Assembly: GCF_006345805.1 (NCBI RefSeq)
Contig: NW_021827988.1
Span: 1 to 9,285, forward strand
Length of the DNA stretch: 9,285 bases
Reading direction: 5' to 3'
Source of the DNA: Octopus sinensis
Taxonomy: Eukaryota
In this document: positions 1-6,097 of the stretch, in pieces
Layout: each line of letters begins with the position of its first letter
Position numbering within the stretch: position 1 is the first letter of the stretch
Notes under the pieces: generated by a model
Databases searched by the model: none
Seen by the model: only the letters and a program-made list of their open reading frames with translations
What the model was told of the DNA's origin: nothing
Program-made: the position numbers and the translations under genes

Positions 1-930
1 ATTTAAGGCTGTGTGGCGTGGTGCCCGCCCAGCACTGCGTCTGCAGGAAAGAGGGTGTAGTCCGTACTGGTCGATCATGGCCCACAGCGCACTGGAATTT
101 CCAGATCTTCAAACCGAGACGCAGAGAAATAGCGACTCTGAGACAATCGCCGTCTAGTAGTGTCCCGATGTTCGGTAGGGGAAGGGCGTCAAGCCAGGCC
201 CCACTGCCGGACTGCAGCCCGCACGAAGACAGGCCAGCCTGTGCTGGTCGAAAACTCTGAAGCAGGACAGAGGAGAGAGTGTCACAAGTGATCGAATCCC
301 ACTGACCCTGGACGGATGGGTCGGCAGGTCTTTTGTTATACGCAGAATCCCAAAGGTCCAGAGCGGCCACGTGATCAAACTGACATTTTTCGTTCGGGAA
401 GGTTTCTGAGAACGATGTCAGTGAGGGCACGGGATGATGCCAGGGACGAGGAAGCAGGAAGAGCCAGATAAACGGGCGAACAAAGGCCAATCCCCCCGAG
501 ATTAACAGGCAGGGAAGATTGAAGCCACCCCAGAGCGTCGAAATGGATGTTGCACCAGATACTCGGCTCCGGACTTCAAGATAGAATCGATATCGGATAA
601 CAGAATAGGCATGCGAAAACAAGGAGAACTCCTTAGGGTGTACAAAAGCTCGGGAGTTGAGAAATAGTTACGCAGAAGAAAGAACCCGACGTGGGCATCA
701 ATGAGGGAAAGCCGTTCGTTCGATCATGTTTGACAGATTCTTGCCTGGCGATGAGCGTTTGTGGAGGGCCTCGTGACCAATGGGCGAACCAAGGATTACA
801 AGGTCCTTTGTTTCTGATACCCGCGCGCCTTTTAGAATAGGTTTCCGGGCGTCCAGAGTTTCGGCAAAAAAATCGGAAGGAATATTCAGATTTAGGACTT
901 CGGACTTGCTGAGTTTATCTCCAGACCGAT
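1..930 (-). mobile_element. Degraded CRE-clade non-LTR retrotransposon fragment (end of RT, thumb region, CCHC zinc knuckle preceding the restriction-like endonuclease); 5'-truncated near 930 and running off the window at base 1
   Basis: Minus-strand translation across several frameshifts gives, in the expected order: SKSEV..DLVILGSPIG (ORF 698-949), ERLSLIDAHVGFFLLRNYFSTPELLYTLRSSPCF (720-618), WLQSSLPVNLGGL..LALPA, SGAWLDALPLPNIGTLLD..LRVAISLRLG, then C(R)CG.MIDQYGLHPLSCRRSAGRAPRHTALN (about 95-1). I recognise these as CRE/SLACS-clade motifs (LGxPIG; H.A..LLR.C.s.PkL.Y.LRssP; QasLPv..GGLG; sgaWL.alP; CxCG..D..G.H.LsC...GR..RH..lN). Confidence 0.88.
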
Positions 931-945
931 AAGAAAAGAAAATAA

Positions 946-1690
946 TCAAAAACGTTTAAAAAAATCATTAATTTTGGCTGTCTAGTCTTCTGGCAAAGGC
1001 GTAGGACGCTTTTTTCTAGTTCATGGAAGTTGTCCATATCCATTTCACTTGTTAAATCGCTGGTTGTAAAGAAACTGGCGTATTAATCTGCATGCACCCA
1101 TAGCTTCCGAACTAGTTGTTTTCACGGGTATGGGATCTTCATCGTCTTCACAAGAAATATCTCTTGACATTAAACATCTTTCTTCATTGGACATGAATCC
1201 GATACATTCTTCATCCTCATTAGCAACATCCATCGTTATTCGTCACATTCAATGTTCACTAAACATATTTTCCCCACTTCCTCATGGAATCCAGCCTTAC
1301 GGAAACAGTTGTAAATTGTTGCTATTTTGACTTCCCTCCAAGCCATTTTGAGCATGTGTAGCGCATCCAAAAGAGTGATAAAATTCACAACGGATTTGAG
1401 ACAGGCATCGTCTGAATCAATTACGGCAATCACTCTTTGTAAAAATGCCAATCTGTAGTTGTGCTTTAGACTTTTGTGATCCCCATATCAAATGGCTGAA
1501 TGCATGCGGATGTGTTGGTTGAATAAAATACAATTTAACATTTGATAGATTTTCTCCAGCATCTTTTGGATGCGCAGCACAATTGTCAAGGACCATGGCT
1601 ATATTTCTTTTTTGTATTTTCATTTCTTGTTAACACATGATAACCAGTTTTTAAAAATGCGTGATGTCACCCATTCATTCTATAATTCTA
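946..1690 (-). mobile_element. Tigger/pogo-family (CENP-B-like DDE_1) transposase pseudogene, C-terminal half
   Basis: Minus strand: EWVTSRIFKNWLSCVNKK (about 1676-1625), MKIQKRNIAMVLDNCAAHP..LSNVKLYF (ORF 1417-1623), ITLLDALHMLKMAWREVKIATIYNCFRKAGF (ORF 1236-1451), acidic tail EDDEDPIP..TSSEAMGA..LIRQFL (ORF 1045-1233) and terminal (Q)AKINDFFKRF-stop (stop 946-948). These match the Tigger motifs AWMT..IF..WL, LDN..aH, AW..V...TI.NCF.KAGF and QxKIxDFF. Frameshifted; no TIR identified. Confidence 0.9.
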
Positions 1691-1694
1691 CTGA

Positions 1695-2459
1695 AATTGA
1701 TATGCTACCTTATTGACAACGTAGTTAACTTTATCGACATAATTTTTCTATAAATCAGTTTGGAAACATTTCACAACTCTCTGAGATAAGTAAAATTTTA
1801 GTCAAAACAATGACATAGTCAACATTTGACGGAACTAGAAGCGGATATATCTCTTAGATTCAAAGATTTGTTTGATTTGGAATTTGAAGCAGGATGATTG
1901 GTCCGTTTTCATGTGTGCCAGAAGATATGAACGAAACAATCCAAGAAGAGATAATTGAATTGAAATATAATGAAGAATATATTACAGATTTCAACAGGAT
2001 GGTATCTCTAAATTTTAGAATCAAAAGATCTACAAATGAATTTCCAAATTTATGGAAGAAGGAAATGAGTAATGTACTATTGACATTCCCTACCACTTAT
2101 TTAGTTGAAAGTGGATTTAGTTTTGTCAATCATAATACACAATGTGAAAGAAATATACTGGAAGTGTGTTATAGAGGCGATATACGCCTAAAGTTGAGCA
2201 GAATAAACCCGACATAGAATATTTATCGAGTAAACATCAATATCAAGGGTCTCACTAATATTTTATAAAAAATTCAATTTTTTACATTTGATTTATTATT
2301 TTATATTTTGATTTTGAGTTATATACAAAAAACAACCAATTAAGGGACAATGCCCCAAAATTTTTAAATTGTATGTGGACAAGGGGGCGATAAAATTTCA
2401 AATGGGGGGCGATAAAATATCTAAGGGGGCGATGAACAAAAAAAGGTTGAGAATGCCTG
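1695..2459 (+). mobile_element. 3' half of a hAT DNA transposon, Buster/Charlie (ZBED8/SCAND3-like) type, including the right terminus
   Basis: Plus strand HLTELEADISLRFKDLFDLE (about 1823-1882), ORF 1894-2217 QEEIIELK..FPNLWK..LLTFPTTYLVESGFS..RGDIRLKL, and after a frameshift PDIEYLSSKHQYQGSH-stop (stop ends 2258). This is the hAT dimerisation-domain end typical of Buster/Charlie transposases. It is followed by an AT-rich 3' region, subterminal repeats and a TIR. Confidence 0.92.
2383..2433 (+). repeat. Three subterminal direct repeats GGGGGCGAT (two extended to GGGGGCGATAAAAT) of the hAT element
   Basis: Copies start at 2383, 2405 and 2425 (20-22 bp spacing) in otherwise very AT-rich DNA, just inside the TIR, where hAT subterminal transposase-binding motifs sit. 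Confidence 0.8.
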
Positions 2460-2467
2460 ATATAGAC
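2440..2467 (+). repeat. Right TIR of the hAT element (2440-2459) plus putative 8-bp target site ATATAGAC (2460-2467)
   Basis: The reverse complement of 2440-2459 reads CAGGCATTCTCAACCTTTTT, close to the CAGTGGTTCTCAACCTT-type ends of Buster/Charlie elements. The next 8 bp fit the NNNTANNN target preference of this group. The left TIR and second TSD copy are not in the window. Confidence 0.75.
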
Positions 2468-2540
2468 GACAGTATAAAAAGTAATTGTTGCTAGTTTGAA
2501 ATATATTGACTTCAATGATAACAAATTATTTTTTTTCTTT

Positions 2541-2680
2541 AATTTTCTTACATCATTCTTGGTAAAATTAGAATTAGTTTGTACATTTTAAAAATTATTT
2601 GTGGTTTTTAGAATTTAATTTTAAAGCAGAATTTAAAATTGCTGGACAAAAAAAATTGGATTTTTTTATTTTAATGAAAC
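2541..2680. repeat. Left inverted repeat of the Tc1 element (outer ~65 bp missing or unrecognisable)
   Basis: AATTTTCTTACATCATTCTTGGTAAAATTAGAATT...GCTGGACAAAAAAAATTGGATTTTT is the reverse complement, with few mismatches, of 3577-3700. The inner DR is at 2645-2665. Confidence 0.88.
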
Positions 2681-2690
2681 AAATTAAAAT

Positions 2691-3490
2691 TTAATAAGTT
2701 GATATTCCTTCACGTGCTTCATAAACTTCCAAACCTCTTTTTTTCATTGACATAACTAAATTTTCTAGGTATTTTTTCGGTATTGACTCACATATCACAA
2801 CTAATTTTGTCTCCAAATCCTTCAAGTTTTTCGGCCTTTTTGGAATAATTTTCTCTTCATCATTTCCCAAACTTGCTCAATTGGATTAAGGTCAGATGAT
2901 TGAGACGGCCAATCAAGAATTTTATATTTTCTATCGTATATCAATTCTTTAACTACTCGAGAACTGTGGCATGGAGCATTATCTTGTTAGAAAATAAATG
3001 AGTTTAAGCCCATTTTTAGAGCTGATTGCTTCAGATTATTCGACAAAATGTTTAAATAATAAGCACCGTTCATTTTTCCATTTAGAATATCAAGATTACC
3101 GACGTCTTCATATGAGAAACATCCCCAAACCATTAACTTTCCTCCACCATACTTAACAGTAGGTACGATATTGGACTTTAATAGGCAGTACCGTTTTTTT
3201 TGCTGTCATAGATCCTTATTTTGCTGTTATAAACCTCAAAACGTGACTCATCGGAGAAGATGACTTTCTTCCATTCTTCGTCAGATATGGCTAAAAACTT
3301 TTTGCAATTAACCATCTGGATTCAATGTTTTTTAAGTTAAAAGAGGTTTATGTTTTGCAATTCGGGCATGTAATCCAAATGAATTTAGTATACGAGCAAT
3401 TGTTTTGGGAGATACGTCCACATTCAATTGAGTTTTTGTTATCTCAGAAAGAGACACAGCAAAAATTGAGGGTTCATCCCTCGAGATTAA
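2691..3490 (-). pseudogene. Tc1 transposase pseudogene lacking its N-terminal DNA-binding start
   Basis: Minus-strand translation: VSPKTIARILNSFGLHARIAKHKPLL, WKKVIFSDESRF (first D), IVPTVKYGGGKLMVWGCFS, F*QDNAPCH (second D) then 34 residues counted to E in WPSQSSDLNPIE, and the end YEAREGISTY-stop (2691-2693). Carries in-frame stops and frameshifts. Confidence 0.93.
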
Positions 3491-3544
3491 TTGTATTGTA
3501 TTGTTTTATCAAAAATCAGATAAATGGAATTTTGAACTGCGCTT

Positions 3545-3764
3545 CATTTATAATACGAAAATCCAATTTTTTTGTCGCAAATCTAATTTTTTTGTCCGGC
3601 AAATTTTAAATTCTGCTTTAAAATTAAATTCTAAAAGCCGAAAATAATTTTAAAAATTAAAAAAATAATTCTAATTTTACCAAGAATGATGTAAGAAATT
3701 TAAATTATAGTTTATTTAAAAAAAGTTGATTTATTAAAAATCCAATTTTTTTTGTCAGACACTG
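3545..3764. repeat. Right inverted repeat (~220 bp) of the Tc1 element with three DR motifs
   Basis: The motif AAAATCCAATTTTTTT(T)GTC occurs at 3558-3576, 3579-3596 (ATCTAA variant) and 3736-3756. The repeat ends ...GTCAGACACTG|TA. Confidence 0.88.
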
Positions 3765-3769
3765 TATCA

Positions 3770-4260
3770 ATAAGAAACAATCATGTCCACAGGGGGTTTC
3801 TTTAAGTGAGTGATTGAATTTATGCGTGCGTTCACAGATTTTAAGCGAATGTATATACAGAGTACATGTATTTTAGAGTTTTTGATATTCACAAAATCCT
3901 TCGTTGCACTTTTGTATAGGATGGAATTAAGACATTTTGAAACAATCTGGTCCAGTAGATACTTGTTCTGAACACTGACCACCAGTTTTTTGTTAAGTAA
4001 AACTGATTCTTAGTTAGTTACCCCGGCTTCTCTATAGATTGTAAGAAGCCGCTCAATCAGGTAGCGAGAAGCAAAAATTGAGCGCTCTCGGAGATCCCGA
4101 ATCTCAATAGGTGGTGACAGGTGAAGCTGTCCAGGAAGAAAAAAGGTTATCAAGGGTGAGGGAGGGGTGTATTTCAAAAATGAGTGGATGATGTCCAGAG
4201 CGAAGTTGTGTAAGCAGACACGGAGGTATACCTGTCGAGTGATTGCTCTGAAGGATGGAC
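3770..4260 (-). mobile_element. Probable heavily decayed Penelope-like retroelement RT/thumb fragment
   Basis: Weak motifs appear in the right order across minus-strand frames: VYLRV (cf. YxRYVDD), IIHSFL..EIHPSL (cf. FL..lN..HPsl.FT), DNL.FLD (cf. d..LpFLD), TTY*..RALNFCFSLP (cf. T.YRK.T...LNF.S.hP), RLLTI..ESVLLNKKL..QNKY.LDQIVSKCLN (cf. R...I..E...L...NgYP..I..fL), and IYIRLKSVNARINSITHLKK (cf. LPY.G..S..lr). Several frame changes are needed and no GIY-YIG domain is seen. Confidence 0.4.
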
Positions 4261-4412
4261 CGATGGAGGAAAATCAAGAAGTTTGTTATTTTTAATCATC
4301 CTGATAGTACGAAATGAGATGTAATCATGATTTAGTTTCTTCTCAGTTTTTCCATTGTTCGTTAAAATTGATTCTTCAAGTGGATATTTATGGTTAAGTA
4401 TTCTTCTTGAGC

Positions 4413-5865
4413 AAGCTGAAAAATGCAGAGCTTCGGGACCAGACAACGCGACTGCAGAGTTATTAAAATACGCGCGGACAGAGTGGTTGAGTTGATCTGC
4501 ACAGTCCTGAACAGGACGTTCAAATGTCACAGCCCTTTGATGCGGGGAATGCCACTTTAATCCCAATCCAGAAACCTGGAAAGGAGAAAGGAAATCTAAA
4601 CAGCCTACGCCCGGTTACGCTAATGAATACGCTAAGGAAAATACTTTCCCTTGTTGTGCTGTATCGTATTTCAGGACCTGTAAATAAGTTCCTAAACCCG
4701 AGTCAAAGTGGATTCAGACCTGGAAGGTCGACAGCAGACGTAGTATGGAGTCACAGATGGCTGTGTGCAATGTGCCAGAAACACAAAGAAGAAATCTCAA
4801 TCTTTGGAATTGATCTATCCCGTGCTTTCGATACAATCAACCGCAAAAAGCTGATGCATGTATTGAAGGCATCCTAGATGAGGATGCATTACGTATGATC
4901 AGATTCTTACTCGCCAACACATCGCTATCCGTGCGTGTGGGAAACTATACCGGTGAAGTTTAAAACCGACACTGGCGTGCCTCAGGGCGACTCGTTATCT
5001 CCGGTTCTATTCATAATCACCTGGAGGCAGCCCAAGACCTCTTCGGAGAAAACAATGCTTTACCAACGTGATGGAGTAATTTACGCCGATGATATTGATT
5101 TCGTCTCCCGAGATCAGGACTCACTGGAAAACTTATTAAAAGTGATCCTTCATTCGTTGAAGGACTGGTCCCTTGTAATAAACCCGGACAAAACGGAAAA
5201 GAACTACCATATCCCGCCTGGGGACGAGAAACGAGGAGAAGTGGAGAACATGCCAAGAAAGTTGGATCTCTCCTTGGGGACTCGGAGGACGTTATTCGAA
5301 GAAGTGCTGGCTGTTCCATCCTTCAAAAAAATGTGGACGATCTGAATGAGGCGCAGGTACATAGGAACCCGCCTTCGAATTCGGCTGTACAACTCCTTTT
5401 GTCGAACCAATCTTGCTTTACAACGCGGGGACCTGGGGCCTAACCGCTAAAGAACTGGAGCAGCTCAACTCTTTCCACAGAAAACAACTACGACTACTCC
5501 TGGGAATTCACTGGCCTAAAAAGATGACCAATAATGAACTCTACAGAATCACCCATACATCCGAGATTGCAAAGAAAGTGATGTCCACGAAGTGGATGCT
5601 CTTTGGACATGTCCTAAGAGCCTCGGAAATGACGCCGGCCAATCAGAACATGGAATCCTACTTCGGCTCATTAAATAAAACGGCATATAGGGGCCGACAA
5701 AGAACAACATTACCGACTACGCTCGACAATGATCTCACGTCGATTGGAAGGAAACTGAAATCGGCCGATGATCTGGACGAACTGAGATACCTCGCACGTA
5801 ACAGGGGAGCGTGGATACGACTAACAGAGCGTATCCTGAGTCGGATGGAAAAAGTGGAATCTTAA
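4413..5865 (+). mobile_element. RTE-type non-LTR retrotransposon (LINE), 5'-truncated: complete RT domain and C-terminal region, frameshifted
   Basis: KLKN(G)RASGPDNATAELLKY (from 4413), LIPIQKPGK..LRPVTLMNTLRK, QSGFRPGRSTAD, GIDLSRAFDTI, GVPQGDSLSPVLF, YADD (5082-5093), LVINPDKT, RIRLYNSF, LYNAGTWGLT..FHRKQLR..W...N.ELY, FGHVLR, YRGRQRT, LARNRGAW, stop 5863-5865. The short C-terminus without zinc finger or RNase H and the RGR..A.NR..W ending are RTE-like. Multiple frameshifts and one TGA in place of Trp (5343-5345). No endonuclease domain present. Confidence 0.92.
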
Positions 5866-6097
5866 TTAACTTTTTGATTCCGCGAGATTGCTTTAATAAA
5901 AATAAAATTTAAACTTTCATGAGATTTTTAAAGTTTTCGTCTCGGATCCAAAATATCTCAATTTTGTCAAAAGAAAATTTATGTTTATATTTACTATTTT
6001 GTAATCAATTAAAATTCAAATAAAATAATACATCATCTGTTGTGTTATTAATACGCTGGATACTCCCGTCTCTTCTGCAGCAAAGCGTAGAAAATTA

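Larger units (their letters stand above)
2541..3764 (-). mobile_element. Tc1-family (DD34E) DNA transposon, non-autonomous, with long IR-DR inverted repeats
   Basis: Contains a Tc1 transposase pseudogene. The right end read on the minus strand is TA|CAGTGTCTGACAAAAAAAATTGG (TA at 3765-3766). The segment 2541-2665 is a close inverted copy of about 3577-3700. Confidence 0.93.

Noticed and set aside
18-378. ORFs 18-260 (+) and 154-378 (-) as independent genes
   Set aside because: They are antisense or partly off-frame readings of the GC-rich CRE element.
2468-2540. CAGTATAAAAAGTAATTG at 2470 as the missing left tip of the Tc1 element, or this gap as the continuation of the Penelope-like relic
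   Set aside because: The match to CAGTGTCTGACAAAAAAAATTGG is poor and there is no preceding TA. The translated similarity to a PLE is too weak to support.
2987-2989. TAA where Tc1 consensus has Gln (F*QDNAPCH), hinting at a ciliate TAA=Gln code
   Set aside because: WDR26 exons use CAA/CAG for every Gln, have no in-frame TAA/TAG once spliced and corrected, and end on TAA. CAA-to-TAA is an ordinary transition in a dead element.
1130-3609. ORFs 1130-1330 (+), 1860-2096 (-), 2282-2524 (-) and 3325-3609 (+)
   Set aside because: They are antisense to the Tigger, hAT and Tc1 elements or span AT-rich termini, and show no recognisable protein features.
4025-4050. 7-bp stem hairpin GGCTTCT...AGAAGCC
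   Set aside because: Short, isolated and inside a probable TE relic, with no supporting RNA-gene context.
4174-5410. Minus-strand ORFs 4174-4566, 5017-5319 and 5204-5410 as genes
   Set aside because: They are largely antisense shadows of the RTE RT region. Only the part of 4174-4566 left of about 4410 remains unexplained, and that is covered by the Penelope-like finding.
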